Assembly: GCA_963765675.1 (NCBI GenBank)
Contig: CAVXXK010000001.1
Location: 1,728,001-1,792,000, forward strand
Length of the DNA: 64,000 nucleotides
Direction: 5' to 3'
Origin: an uncultured delta proteobacterium
GTDB taxonomy: Bacteria; Desulfobacterota; Binatia; Binatales; Binataceae
Of the stretch, positions 9,547 to 19,614 are shown one piece after another. Position 1 is the stretch's first letter. Every line of letters begins with the position of its first letter. The position numbers and the translations under genes were made by a program. The notes under the pieces were generated by a model. The model was not told the origin of the DNA. It did no database searches and saw only the letters and a list, made by a program, of their open reading frames with translations.

Positions 9547-12021
9547 ATGCAGGCGAAAGTGGTAATCGTCGGAGCGGCGCACGGCGTCGATCAACTGACA
9601 TACGATATTCCGCCCGCGCTCGAGGGCCGCGTCGCACCCGGGCATCGCGTGCTGGTGCCGCTGCGCTCGCGCAAGGTCACGGCGGTGGTGCTCGAAGTCG
9701 CAGAGGCGCTGAATGCGGGCGCGCTCAAGCCGATCACGGAGCTGATGGAGCCGCAGCCGCTGTTCGATGCCGCGCATCTGAAGCTGCTTGAGTTCCTGGC
9801 GAGCTACTACATGGCGCCGCTCGGCGACGCATACCGCAGCGTCATTCCTTCGGTCGCGCGCGTCGAGTCGCGCGGCGAGTATCGTCTGGCTCTGACGCCG
9901 GACGTGCTGCGCTCCGCGGCGCTCAGCAAAGTCGAGCGCAAGATTATCGATCTCATTTCGCGCCGTCCCGCGCTTGCGAGCCGGCTCGACAAGCTCGGCC
10001 CGCCCGGCGAGGTTCGCGCCGCGCTCGCGCGCCTGCAGGGCGAAGGGATTGTCGAACGTCACGACGCCACCCGCGGACGGCATCGCGAGCGCGAGGAATT
10101 CTTCGCACGCATATCGCCGGCAGCGCAGACTCCAGCGTTGCGCGGCCCCAAGCAGCGCGAGGTTTACGCGCTCGTCGCTGCTGCCGGCGAAGCGGGACTC
10201 GCGCTCGACGGGCTGGCAGTGCAGATTCGCGGCGCGGGCGCGATCCTGAAATCGCTCGCGCGCCGCAAACTCCTCGAGCTCGCGCCCATCGCGGAAATCG
10301 CCGCCGAGCCCGCGCGCGTCGCCGGCTTCGAGTTGAGCGACGAACAAAAGGTCTCGGTAGACGCGGTCGCGCCTGCCGTTTTCCAGTCCCGTTTCGAGAC
10401 CTTTCTTCTGTGGGGTGTAACAGGCAGCGGCAAGACCGAGGTTTATCTTCATCTCGCCGCACGCGCGCTCGCGGCTGGGCGGCAGGTGCTCGTGATGGTG
10501 CCCGAAATCGCGCTCGCCGACGAAGTTGTGCGCTCGTTTCGCGCACGCTTTGGAGCGCTGGTTGCGGTCGCTCACAGTGCGCAGAATGTGAGCGAACGGT
10601 GGTCAAGCTGGATGAGCGCAATCGGTGGCGCGGCGCGAATCATGATTGGCCCGCGCTCGGTCATCTTCGCGCCGATTCGCGACGCGGGGCTGATTATCGT
10701 CGATGAAGAGCACGACGCCGCGTACAAGAACGAAGAGGGCATTCGTTATCACGCGCGCGATCTCGCGGTCGCGCTTGGCGGCTACAGCCGATGCCCCGTC
10801 GTGCTGGGCTCGGCGACTCCATCGACCGAGTCGTTCGCGAATTCGCGCCGCGGACGCTACCGGCTCCTGCGCCTTGCGCGGCGCGCGAATGATCGCGCGA
10901 TGGCGGATGTCGAGATTGTCGATCTGCGCCGAGCGATGCCCCCGCCGCTCGCGGCTCCTGCCGAGTCCGCGCGTAATGGCGCGGCACCGCCCGTCAAACC
11001 GTCCGCGCCCGCCGACGTGGTTCCGCTTTCGCCCGTGCTGATCGAAGCGATCCGAGCGAACCTCGCGGCGGGCGGACAGGCGATGGTGTTTCTCAATCGG
11101 CGTGGGTTTCACAATTTCCTGCAATGCAGTCTATGCGGCAATGTGATCGCGTGCGCGAATTGCAGCGTCAGCATGACGTTTCACATGCGCGACCGCTCGC
11201 TTCGGTGCCACTACTGCGGCAGCCACAGCCCGGCGCCGGACGTCTGCCCCGAGTGCAAAGGCTACGGACTCTCCGGCCAGGGTTTCGGCACCGAGCAGCT
11301 AACGTCGGCTCTTGAAGCAATCTTCCCCGATGCGCGCGTCGACAGGATGGACAGCGACACCAGCGGAAAGCGCGGGGCGCGCGCGCGAATCCTGGCGGCG
11401 CTGCGCGCGGGTGAGATCGATATCCTGGTCGGCACGCAGATGATCACCAAGGGGTTCGATTTTCCCGGCGTCACCCTCGCTGCCGTAGTGCTGGCCGATA
11501 TGGGACTCAACATGCCCGACTTTCGCTCCGCCGAGCGCACCTTCCAGGTGCTGACCCAAGTCGCCGGCCGCGCAGGCCGCGGCGAGCGCGCGGGCCGGGT
11601 GATTATCCAGACGCGCGCGCCGCACCATTACAGTGTCCGCGCGGCGCAGGGGCAGGATTACGCGCGCTTCGTGCGTCGCGAGCTCGAGCTGCGCAAGGAG
11701 CTGGGCTATCCGCCGTTCGCGCGCCTCGCGATGGTCCGGATCGAGGGCGAGGATTCGCGCCGCGTCGCGCAAGTCGCGGCGGCCGCTGCGCAAGCGCTCA
11801 CGCGCGCCTCGGCGTCGCCGGAGATTGTTCGCGTGCTGGGACCGTCGCCCGCGCCGATCGAGCGGATCAAGCAGCGCTACCGCTGGCAGGTGATGCTAAA
11901 ATCCAAGGAGCTGCGCCCGATGCGCGCGGCGCTCGCGGCGATGCGCGCCGAGATTGGTCCGATGGCCGAAGAGCACCGCGTCTATCTGATCATCGATATC
12001 GATCCGGTGCGGATGCTATAG
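9547..12021 (+). CDS. priA: primosomal protein N' (replication restart helicase)
   Basis: GVTGSGKTEVY, DEEHD, SATPS, CxxC zinc cluster, QVAGRAGR; start taken at MQAKVV. Confidence 0.94.
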   Translation: MQAKVVIVGAAHGVDQLTYDIPPALEGRVAPGHRVLVPLRSRKVTAVVLEVAEALNAGALKPITELMEPQPLFDAAHLKLLEFLASYYMAPLGDAYRSVIPSVARVESRGEYRLALTPDVLRSAALSKVERKIIDLISRRPALASRLDKLGPPGEVRAALARLQGEGIVERHDATRGRHREREEFFARISPAAQTPALRGPKQREVYALVAAAGEAGLALDGLAVQIRGAGAILKSLARRKLLELAPIAEIAAEPARVAGFELSDEQKVSVDAVAPAVFQSRFETFLLWGVTGSGKTEVYLHLAARALAAGRQVLVMVPEIALADEVVRSFRARFGALVAVAHSAQNVSERWSSWMSAIGGAARIMIGPRSVIFAPIRDAGLIIVDEEHDAAYKNEEGIRYHARDLAVALGGYSRCPVVLGSATPSTESFANSRRGRYRLLRLARRANDRAMADVEIVDLRRAMPPPLAAPAESARNGAAPPVKPSAPADVVPLSPVLIEAIRANLAAGGQAMVFLNRRGFHNFLQCSLCGNVIACANCSVSMTFHMRDRSLRCHYCGSHSPAPDVCPECKGYGLSGQGFGTEQLTSALEAIFPDARVDRMDSDTSGKRGARARILAALRAGEIDILVGTQMITKGFDFPGVTLAAVVLADMGLNMPDFRSAERTFQVLTQVAGRAGRGERAGRVIIQTRAPHHYSVRAAQGQDYARFVRRELELRKELGYPPFARLAMVRIEGEDSRRVAQVAAAAAQALTRASASPEIVRVLGPSPAPIERIKQRYRWQVMLKSKELRPMRAALAAMRAEIGPMAEEHRVYLIIDIDPVRML

Positions 12022-12050
12022 GCGCGGAGAAGTCTCGAAAGCAGGAACCG

Positions 12051-12974
12051 GTGATGCAACCAGGTCATGACGCCGTGCCGCGGGCGCGGCACAGTTTCGA
12101 TGTGCGAATGGAAGACGGCGCGATCATCCGCGTGCGCCAGCATGGCGTTCCCGGCGGGCCGCGCATTGTCTTGAGCCACGGCAACGGCCTTGCGATCGAC
12201 GGCTACCTGCCGTTCTGGGGGCCGCTATGCGCGCGTTATGAAGTCGTGTTGTTCGATTTCCGCAATCACGGCCACAACCCGTTGCATCGCGAGGACGCGC
12301 ATCTGTGGACCCATTTCGTGACCGACATGGAGACGGTGTTCACGGCGATTCAGCGTGAGCTCGGCACGAAGCGCACCGCGGGCGTGTTTCATTCGCTCTC
12401 CGGCGTGACCGCCGCGATGCACGCGCGCAAGTACGGCAAACGCTTCGAGGCGCTGGTGCTGTTCGATCCGCCGATGTTTCCGCCTGAGGGTCATCGGCTG
12501 CGCGGCAATCAGGCGGAGGACAAGAACTCGCTCGCCGGCCGCGCGCGGCGGCGCACTGAACGCTACGCCGATCCGTCGATCCTCGCCGCGCAATTTCGCA
12601 AATACAATCCGCGCTGGCGGCCCGAGGCCTACGAGCTGATGGCGCGCGCGACGCTGCGCCACGACACTCGCGCCGGCGACTGGATTCTCGCCTGCCCGCG
12701 CGAGTTTGAAGCCAACGTGTTCTCGATCGTCGCCGATCCGAGCCTGTGGAACGCGATGGGCTCCCTGCCGGTGCCGGTCAAACTGATTTGCGGCGATCCG
12801 GATCTCATAGGCGTGATGCCGCCGGCGCTGATCGGCCGCGAACTCGCGCGCGAGCACGGCCTGCCCTACGAATCGATCCCGGGCACGACGCATTTCCTGC
12901 AAATCGAAAAACCCGAAGAATGCACCCGCGCGATGGAATCATTCCTCGCCAAGTACAATCTCGCCGCACGATAA
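12051..12974 (+). CDS. alpha/beta hydrolase
   Basis: SHGNG, FDFRNHG, FHSLSG nucleophile elbow, THFLQIEKP. Confidence 0.8.
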   Translation: MMQPGHDAVPRARHSFDVRMEDGAIIRVRQHGVPGGPRIVLSHGNGLAIDGYLPFWGPLCARYEVVLFDFRNHGHNPLHREDAHLWTHFVTDMETVFTAIQRELGTKRTAGVFHSLSGVTAAMHARKYGKRFEALVLFDPPMFPPEGHRLRGNQAEDKNSLAGRARRRTERYADPSILAAQFRKYNPRWRPEAYELMARATLRHDTRAGDWILACPREFEANVFSIVADPSLWNAMGSLPVPVKLICGDPDLIGVMPPALIGRELAREHGLPYESIPGTTHFLQIEKPEECTRAMESFLAKYNLAAR

Positions 12975-13029
12975 GGGAGTTGAAAAATCGCTGTGCACCT
13001 CATTGTGAGAGGGCGTCGATGCCCAGGGC

Positions 13030-13300
13030 GAGATTCCTTGCGGAGATTGCCGTACGCCATGACGCCCACGACGCTCTACGCATTGCCGGCTCGCGCTCGG
13101 AATGACACAAAAGTCGAGAGACGTTCATTCCGATCGGAGGCAGCGGAGAGGTGTCATTCCGAGCCGTAAGCGAGGAATCCCGAGGCGGCCATGCTCCGCG
13201 TCAACATCACATGCAGCGGCGCTCGCGATCGGGATTGCCTTCGGCCTTGCTCAGGAAGGCTCTCGCGCGTCGGCGAAAGCCACGCGCGAGGGAATGAGCA
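13030..13300. repeat. GTCATTCC/GGAATGAC-type palindromic intergenic repeat
   Basis: tcgcgctcggaatgaca (13091-13107) and gtgtcattccgagc (13151-13164) recur at 37531-37547 and 37561-37574. Confidence 0.7.
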
Positions 13301-13374
13301 ATCGAGCGATGGGCCCTGCGGCTTTCGAGCGGGCGGGCGCTTTGATAGATTTTTCGATCCTAGACGTAACGTAG

Positions 13375-13917
13375 ATGGCGCTGTTAAAAATCCGGAAATT
13401 TCCCGACGAGTCGCTCAAGACGGTCGCCAAACCGATTGAGAATATCGACGGCAAAATCAATTCACTCATCGACAGCATGGCGCAGACGATGTACTCCGCG
13501 CCCGGCGTCGGCCTGGCCGCGCCGCAGGTGGGAGAGTCCAAACGGATCGTGGTGCTCGACACCAATCACGACGAGCCCGGCAAGAATCTGCTCAAGCTCA
13601 TTAACCCACGCATCGTCGAGTCCGAGGGCAAAGTCGTCTGGGAAGAGGGATGCCTGTCTGTGATCGATTACTCCGCCGACGTTGAGCGCGCCGCGCGGGT
13701 GCTGGTTCGCGCGTGGACTCCCGATCAGGAAGAAATCGAGATCGAAGCCGACGATCTGCTCGCGGTCGCGCTGCAGCACGAGATCGATCATCTCGACGGC
13801 AAGCTGTTCATCGATCGAATCAGCCGGATCAAGCGCGAGCTCTACCGGCGCAAGCTCAAGAAGCTGATCAAGGATGGCAAGGCCGACGAACGTCCCCCCT
13901 CCAAGGTCAGGATCTGA
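13375..13917 (+). CDS. def: peptide deformylase
   Basis: GVGLAAPQVG, EGCLS, QHEIDHLDG. Confidence 0.96.
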   Translation: MALLKIRKFPDESLKTVAKPIENIDGKINSLIDSMAQTMYSAPGVGLAAPQVGESKRIVVLDTNHDEPGKNLLKLINPRIVESEGKVVWEEGCLSVIDYSADVERAARVLVRAWTPDQEEIEIEADDLLAVALQHEIDHLDGKLFIDRISRIKRELYRRKLKKLIKDGKADERPPSKVRI

Positions 13918-14875
13918 AATCGGATCGCCGCTGAAAATAGTTTTCATGGGCACGCCCGCGCTCGCGGCGCATATTCTCGACCGCCTGGCGTCGCGGGCCG
14001 ACCCGCGCTTCAGCGTCGTCGCCGTCGTGACCCGGCCCGACGAGCCGCGCGGCCGCGGAATGGCGCTTGCCCCGAGCGAGGTCGGCACGGTCGCCGCACG
14101 GCATAAGCTCCCGGCGCTGAAGCCGGTAAAAGTTCGCACCCCGGAATTTCTGGTCGAGATCAAATCGTATGATCCCGATCTGCTTGTGGTTGCGGCGTAT
14201 GGAAGAATTCTGCCGCAGCCGATTCTTGACGCGGCGAAACTCGCGCCGATCAATGTCCACGCCTCACTGCTGCCGCGCTTTCGCGGCGCCGCGCCGATCG
14301 AGGGCGCGATTCTTTCAGGCGACGCCGAGACGGGTGTTACGATCATGCGCATCACGGCTGTGATGGATTCCGGACCGATCATTCTACGCCGCGCGATTCC
14401 GATCGCATCCGACGACACGCAGGGTTCTCTTAAGTCGAAGCTCGCCGAACTCGGCGCCAGCGCGTTGCTCGATGCGCTCGATCTCTACGCGCGCGGCGCC
14501 GCGGTTGAGACGCCGCAGGACGAATCGCTCGCGACTTACACCAAGCAAATCCGCAAAGAGGACGCGGTGATCGACTGGAGCGCCGACGCGGCGCGGATCG
14601 AGCGGATGACGCGCGCGTTCGATCCGTGGCCGGTCGCGCGGACGACGCTCGGCGGTGCGCCGATACTCATCTGGCGCGCGCGCGTCGCCGAATCCGGGCA
14701 CGAATCCTCGGCGGCGCCGGGAACGCTCGTCGTCGTCAAGCCCGAGCCGATCGTGCGATGCGGCCGTGGAGCGCTCGCGCTGCGCGAGGTTCAGGCGCCG
14801 GGGCGCAAGCGGATGCCCGCGGCGGATTTTTTCAACGGACGCCAGGTCGCGCCCGGCACGCGGCTCGGCGGATGA
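13874..14875 (+). CDS. fmt: methionyl-tRNA formyltransferase (start uncertain)
   Basis: IVFMGTP, VAAYGRIL, NVHASLLPRFRGAAPI, MDSGPI. Confidence 0.94.
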   Translation: MARPTNVPPPRSGSEIGSPLKIVFMGTPALAAHILDRLASRADPRFSVVAVVTRPDEPRGRGMALAPSEVGTVAARHKLPALKPVKVRTPEFLVEIKSYDPDLLVVAAYGRILPQPILDAAKLAPINVHASLLPRFRGAAPIEGAILSGDAETGVTIMRITAVMDSGPIILRRAIPIASDDTQGSLKSKLAELGASALLDALDLYARGAAVETPQDESLATYTKQIRKEDAVIDWSADAARIERMTRAFDPWPVARTTLGGAPILIWRARVAESGHESSAAPGTLVVVKPEPIVRCGRGALALREVQAPGRKRMPAADFFNGRQVAPGTRLGG

Positions 14876-16269
14876 GCCCTCCTGTCAGGCATCCGCCCGC
14901 GCGCGCGGCCTCGCCGCGTTCCACCGACGAGGGTTTGCATGCGCGGCGAATCGCACTCGATATTCTGCTCGAAGTCGAGTACCGCGGCGGATACGCCGAC
15001 GCACTTCTCGGCGGAAAAATCGCATCGCTCGATCCTGCCGATCGCCGCTTGGTGACGCGCTTGGTCCTTGGCACGCTCGCGTGGCGCGGGCGGCTCGATT
15101 ACGAGCTCGAGCGGATGACGGAGCGCAAGCTCGCGCAAATCCAGCCCGAGGCGCTCGAAATCATGCGGATGGGTCTGCTGCAGCTCCGGTTTCTCGATCG
15201 GATGCCGCAGCATGCCGTCGTTTCCACTACCGTCGAACTTGCCAAGCGCAACGCCGGGACCAAGGTTGCCGCGGGATTTATCAACGCGATAATGCGCCGC
15301 GCGACGCGCGAGCAAATGGCGATGCCCCCGCGCGAGCCCGAACTGCCGCACTACCTCGCGATCGCGTATTCGCATCCGCGATGGCTCGTGGAGCGGTTCA
15401 TCGAATGGTTCGGCGCCGAAGACGCCGAGCGCCTGATGGCCGCCGATAACGAGGCTGCGCCCAACGTGATCCGGCTGAATCTCGTGCGCGGGTCGCGTGC
15501 GGAAATAATCGAGCGGCTCTCTGCCGAAGGTTTCCAGATGGGCAGCGGCGGCCACGCGCTCGAAACGATCGTGCTGGCCAGCGCCGCCCGCTTCGATTCC
15601 GAGGCCTATCGCGCCGGGCTGTTCGTCGCCCAATCGGAGGCCTCGCAACTCGTGGCGCGGATGCTCGCGCCGCGCGCGGGCGCGGTGATTATCGATCTGG
15701 CGGCGGCGCCTGGCGGCAAATCGACGCATCTGGCGGAGCTCGCGGGCAAGGACGCGCGGATAATTGCGCTTGACCGAAATCATGGCGGACTCAAGAACGC
15801 GCGCGAACTCGCCGCGCGCCTCAGGCATCCGAATATCGAATTCGTCCGTGCCGACGCGACGGCCGCGCTTCCGTTTCCCGCGCGCAGTGCAGACTTCATT
15901 CTGCTCGATGCGCCGTGCACCGGACTCGGCACGTTGCGGGAGCATCCGGAGATCAGATGGCGCGTGCAGTCTGGCGATCCCGCGCGGATGGCGATTGTGC
16001 AGTCAGCGATGCTCGCGAACGCCGCGGAGATTCTCCGGCCGGGCGGAGCGCTGGTTTATTCCGTATGCAGCCTCGCGCCCGAAGAGGGCGAGGGCGTAAT
16101 ACGAGAATTTCTTGCCGCGCATCGCGAGTTCGAAATCGATCGAGCGCCCGCGATTCGCGCCGAAGCGCCGGGCCTCTTCGACGACGCCGGTTTCATGCGC
16201 ACGCGGCCTGACCACGGCGGCCTCGACGGCTTCTTCGCCGCGCGCCTCGTCAGAAGGTCGCCGTCCTGA
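14872..16269 (+). CDS. rsmB: 16S rRNA m5C967 methyltransferase RsmB
   Basis: NusB-like N-terminus, AAPGGKS, LLDAPCTG, YSVCS, DGFFAARL; ATGA overlap with fmt. Confidence 0.93.
   Translation: MSPPVRHPPARAASPRSTDEGLHARRIALDILLEVEYRGGYADALLGGKIASLDPADRRLVTRLVLGTLAWRGRLDYELERMTERKLAQIQPEALEIMRMGLLQLRFLDRMPQHAVVSTTVELAKRNAGTKVAAGFINAIMRRATREQMAMPPREPELPHYLAIAYSHPRWLVERFIEWFGAEDAERLMAADNEAAPNVIRLNLVRGSRAEIIERLSAEGFQMGSGGHALETIVLASAARFDSEAYRAGLFVAQSEASQLVARMLAPRAGAVIIDLAAAPGGKSTHLAELAGKDARIIALDRNHGGLKNARELAARLRHPNIEFVRADATAALPFPARSADFILLDAPCTGLGTLREHPEIRWRVQSGDPARMAIVQSAMLANAAEILRPGGALVYSVCSLAPEEGEGVIREFLAAHREFEIDRAPAIRAEAPGLFDDAGFMRTRPDHGGLDGFFAARLVRRSPS
15981..16244 (+). repeat. direct repeat copy 1 (rsmB 3' end)
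   Basis: about 264 bp, about 17 mismatches by manual alignment against 18327-18590. Confidence 0.9.
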
Positions 16270-16275
16270 TCAATC

Positions 16276-17658
16276 CTATTGCCCGGAAGCTCGCAGAGTG
16301 TGCACGGTTCGCAGAGCGAGATTCTGGATCGCGTGACTCTCTCGCTGGCCCAACGCCATCACGCCCAGTCCCAAAACGATGACGGCCACCGATACCGCCG
16401 CCACGCGATAGAAAATCGGCTTGCTGCGAATCTGGCCGTAGACGATCGGAATATCGATAAGCGCGCTCGCCATCGAGGTGAGCACTACCGCCATCCCCGC
16501 GCTGTCGGGCGATATGCTCCCCGTCGCCGCGAGTGCCGCTGCGGTTGCGGTGGTGCTCGCGCTGCTCACCAGTCCCCCGACAATACTGAGCGCGAGGAAT
16601 CCCGTCGTGCCAAGATAGCGCTCGGCGAGAGTGCCCGCGGCGGCGATAGCGAGGAACATCGCGGCGAACTTCAGTACGTGCGGCAGCGAGATCGGCGACG
16701 AGAGGGAAAGCTGAGACACCGGATTGTCGCGCCGTCGCCCATGGAACCAAACCACCACTAGTGCGGCCAGCGTCATGGCGGCGAGCGGAAGCAGCGCGGT
16801 GCCGACCGCCATCGGCGCGAAGATCGCGAGAATCACGAGGTTGCGCAGGAACATCGCAACGCTGGTGACCATGATCACGCCGACCGCCATCAGCGGCGAG
16901 CTCTCCGCTTCTCGGAACAGGCCCGAGAGCTCGGCCGCCGCCGCGGTGCTGTTCACCAATCCGCCAAGGAAGGCCGCGTAGAACGTGCCGCGCGTGCCGT
17001 ATAGCCGCAGCATCAGGTAGTTCGCAAATCCGAGCCCCGCGATCACAACCACGATCAGCCAGGATTGTTTTGGATTGAGCAGCGCGAAAGGATCGACAAA
17101 TCTATCGGGCAGCAGCGGATAGATGACGAAGGTCAGCAAGCCCAAGAGCACCGCGCTGCGAATCTCTTCCGGCTGCAGGCCGCCCGCGAAACGCGACAAG
17201 CCTTCTTTCCACGCCAGCAGCATCGTCATCGCGATCGCCGCCGTGATTGCCGTGAAATAATGTCCTTGCCCGATCAGCGCGCCGAGCATCAGCGTCACCA
17301 GCAGCGCGGCCGAAGTGGTTATTTCCAGCGGAGCGTCGCGATCGATCACGTACGCTGAATCGCGCGCTCTCGCGGCGGGGTTTGCTTCAACCGGTTCGAG
17401 CCGCCAATTCTTTACGAGGTGATGCACATTCAGAAGGATCACGAGCAGAAAGGTTCCGCAAAGAGCCGCGATGAGAAGGTCGGGCGCGACAAGGCAGGTC
17501 AGGGTCCCGAGCAACGCGATAATCGCGAAGGTGCGGACGCCAACCGCCTTCTGCGCCCACTCTCGCTCCAGTCCGACGAGCAGTCCGACGGCGACGGCCA
17601 GCGCGATTTTCGACGCAACGTCCGCGCGGGCGAAGGAACTAACAACAACGGGCGTCAA
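16276..17658 (-). CDS. MgtC/SapB-family membrane protein with DUF4010 C-terminal region
   Basis: GLLVGLERE...GVRTF, ITTSAAL, GGLVNSTA, many TM helices; TTG start at 17658 chosen for GGAGGAGG SD (ORF extends to 17751). Confidence 0.85.
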   Translation of the reverse strand: MTPVVVSSFARADVASKIALAVAVGLLVGLEREWAQKAVGVRTFAIIALLGTLTCLVAPDLLIAALCGTFLLVILLNVHHLVKNWRLEPVEANPAARARDSAYVIDRDAPLEITTSAALLVTLMLGALIGQGHYFTAITAAIAMTMLLAWKEGLSRFAGGLQPEEIRSAVLLGLLTFVIYPLLPDRFVDPFALLNPKQSWLIVVVIAGLGFANYLMLRLYGTRGTFYAAFLGGLVNSTAAAAELSGLFREAESSPLMAVGVIMVTSVAMFLRNLVILAIFAPMAVGTALLPLAAMTLAALVVVWFHGRRRDNPVSQLSLSSPISLPHVLKFAAMFLAIAAAGTLAERYLGTTGFLALSIVGGLVSSASTTATAAALAATGSISPDSAGMAVVLTSMASALIDIPIVYGQIRSKPIFYRVAAVSVAVIVLGLGVMALGQRESHAIQNLALRTVHTLRASGQ

Positions 17659-17777
17659 GTCTTCCGAACCTCCTCCAACAAAAGCATCACGCAGGCAGTG
17701 CGCCTGCAAAAGTGAATACGCCACCGCGCCAGCCGAGAGCGGCGGTCGCATGATGCGATCTTCTCGGCGACGATCGA

Positions 17778-18137
17778 TTAAATTGCTTGCTGACAGAAAG
17801 GAGGTGGCCGCAGGAACATCGCGAGGTAAATCAGAAGCTCGCGGACGCCGTCGTCGGCGCAGAGTAAAACGAAGCCACCGATCAAATGAGGACGAAGGCC
17901 GGCAACGGCCAATAACCCCACGACCGCTGCCAGCGCCATCGCGCCGTCCACCGCCGCAAGAACTCGCGCTGGCTGGCCGCTGTCGGGCCGCAGATCGCCG
18001 TGCAGGATGTGGCTCGCGGGGAAGACGGAGAGGTTATCGTATCTGGCGAGTTGAACGTGGAGGCTGAGCGCGAACGTAAACAGAAGCATCAACACGATGA
18101 AAGGTTCTGATCGAAGCGGTGAACCTCTTACCGACAT
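17778..18137 (-). CDS. small membrane protein / candidate leader peptide ending in RPPP
   Basis: N-terminal hydrophobic segment, second hydrophobic stretch, C-terminal FLRPPPFCQQAI; directly upstream of the MgtC-like gene. Confidence 0.55.
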   Translation of the reverse strand: MSVRGSPLRSEPFIVLMLLFTFALSLHVQLARYDNLSVFPASHILHGDLRPDSGQPARVLAAVDGAMALAAVVGLLAVAGLRPHLIGGFVLLCADDGVRELLIYLAMFLRPPPFCQQAI

Positions 18138-18297
18138 TGAAAGCTTTTCGATGCCGAGCCTCACACAATCGAAGCTACGGTCGCATCTGCAATCAGTCAA
18201 TAGAAAAGACCCCGCGCGAGCGGCGCGGGTCGTCACCGCGGCGTGCGCGATGATAGACTGATCGCGACGACAGAAAGTTCTGCTGCGAAACATTCAG

Positions 18298-18609
18298 ATG
18301 GAAACTGCGGTCCGCACAGGCAAGGACGCGCGGATGGCGGTTGTGCAATCAGCGATGCTCGCGAACGCCGCGGAGATTCTCCGGCCGGGCGGCGCGCTGG
18401 TTTATTCCGTATGCAGCCTCGCGCCCGAAGAGGGCGAGGGCGTGGTGCGAGAGTTTCTCGCCGCGCATCGCGACTTCGAAATCGATCGAGCGCCCGCGAT
18501 TCGCGCCGAAGCGCAGGACCTCTTCGACGACGCCGGTCTTATGCGCACCCGCCCCGACCACGGCGGCCTCGACGGCTTCTTCGCTGCGCGAATAGTTAGA
18601 AAATCCTGA
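18298..18609 (+). pseudogene. rsmB: duplicated 3' fragment of rsmB (direct repeat copy 2)
   Basis: protein nearly identical to the last ~95 aa of RsmB (QSAMLANAAEILRPGGALVYSVCSLAPEEGE...DGFFAAR). Confidence 0.9.
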
Positions 18610-18770
18610 TAAGATCTGACCTTCTGATGACGCGAAGATGCGCTTTTTGGTGCGCAGCGGCAGTTTCTGCGCGCCAGGCCGTTGCGCTGCCGCGCACCTT
18701 GATTGGAAAATGCTCTTTGCGGGCGGCGCGGATTCTCTTAGATTGATTGGTGGGGGTTCAAGCGTTCCGA

Positions 18771-19496
18771 ATGGCGAAGCACCGCCGAATCTCAGTCGCG
18801 TGGATATCGAACGGCCTGCGCGTTTCGGCTGTCGCACGCACGGCCGCTAGCATCCCAGTGCTCGCGGCGCTTGCCATCGTCGGACTTGCAGGGTGTTCGG
18901 CTCAGAATCCGGCTCCCGATTTCGCCCGCTCATCATCTCAGTCTGGTGCCGCGCTCTACCCATTGGGCGCGAATCCGGTTATTGCGCCGCACGTCGAAGT
19001 GGCGTCGTGGTACGGTTCCGGATTCCAAGGGCATCCGACCAGCACTGGCGAGAGCTTCAATGAATATGGCCTCACCGCCGCGTCCAAGACTCTTCCGCTC
19101 GGAAGCACGGTGCGCGTGACCAATCCCGCCAACGGACGCTCGGTCAATGTACGGATTAACGATCGCGGCCCATATGTGCGCGGTCGCTCGCTCGATCTCT
19201 CCAAGCGCGCGGCACAGAGCCTCGGGATCACGGGCACCGGTGTAGCTCCGGTGTTGGTTGCCTCATCCGAGGCGGCGCCCATTCGAATACATTATTCGCC
19301 GCCTCACGGAGTCGCCGCCAGGACCTACCGGCCTGCGCATCACACGGCGGAGCATTCGGCGATGCGCTGGAGCCGGTCGAGCGCACATCGGCAGCCCGTT
19401 TACCGCATCGTGCGCACGTATCATTGGCGGCGGCATTCGCGGACGGTCTGGAATCCGGTTGGCGCGTGGATCGAGAGTTCGCTCTCTACACTCTGA
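18771..19496 (+). CDS. rlpA: septal ring lytic transglycosylase RlpA-family lipoprotein
   Basis: lipobox LAGC; ASWYG, LTAASKTLPLG, VRINDRGPY, LDLSKRAA. Confidence 0.88.
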   Translation: MAKHRRISVAWISNGLRVSAVARTAASIPVLAALAIVGLAGCSAQNPAPDFARSSSQSGAALYPLGANPVIAPHVEVASWYGSGFQGHPTSTGESFNEYGLTAASKTLPLGSTVRVTNPANGRSVNVRINDRGPYVRGRSLDLSKRAAQSLGITGTGVAPVLVASSEAAPIRIHYSPPHGVAARTYRPAHHTAEHSAMRWSRSSAHRQPVYRIVRTYHWRRHSRTVWNPVGAWIESSLSTL

Positions 19497-19614
19497 ATTT
19501 CTGATGCGAATGGCAGTGTTCCCACTGGTTCGCTTTCCGCGCTCTCCGGAATCAGCTAATTGGTCTATGCAGCGCGAATCGCATGCTGATCTCTGACCGA
19601 AAGAGGGCGAATTC

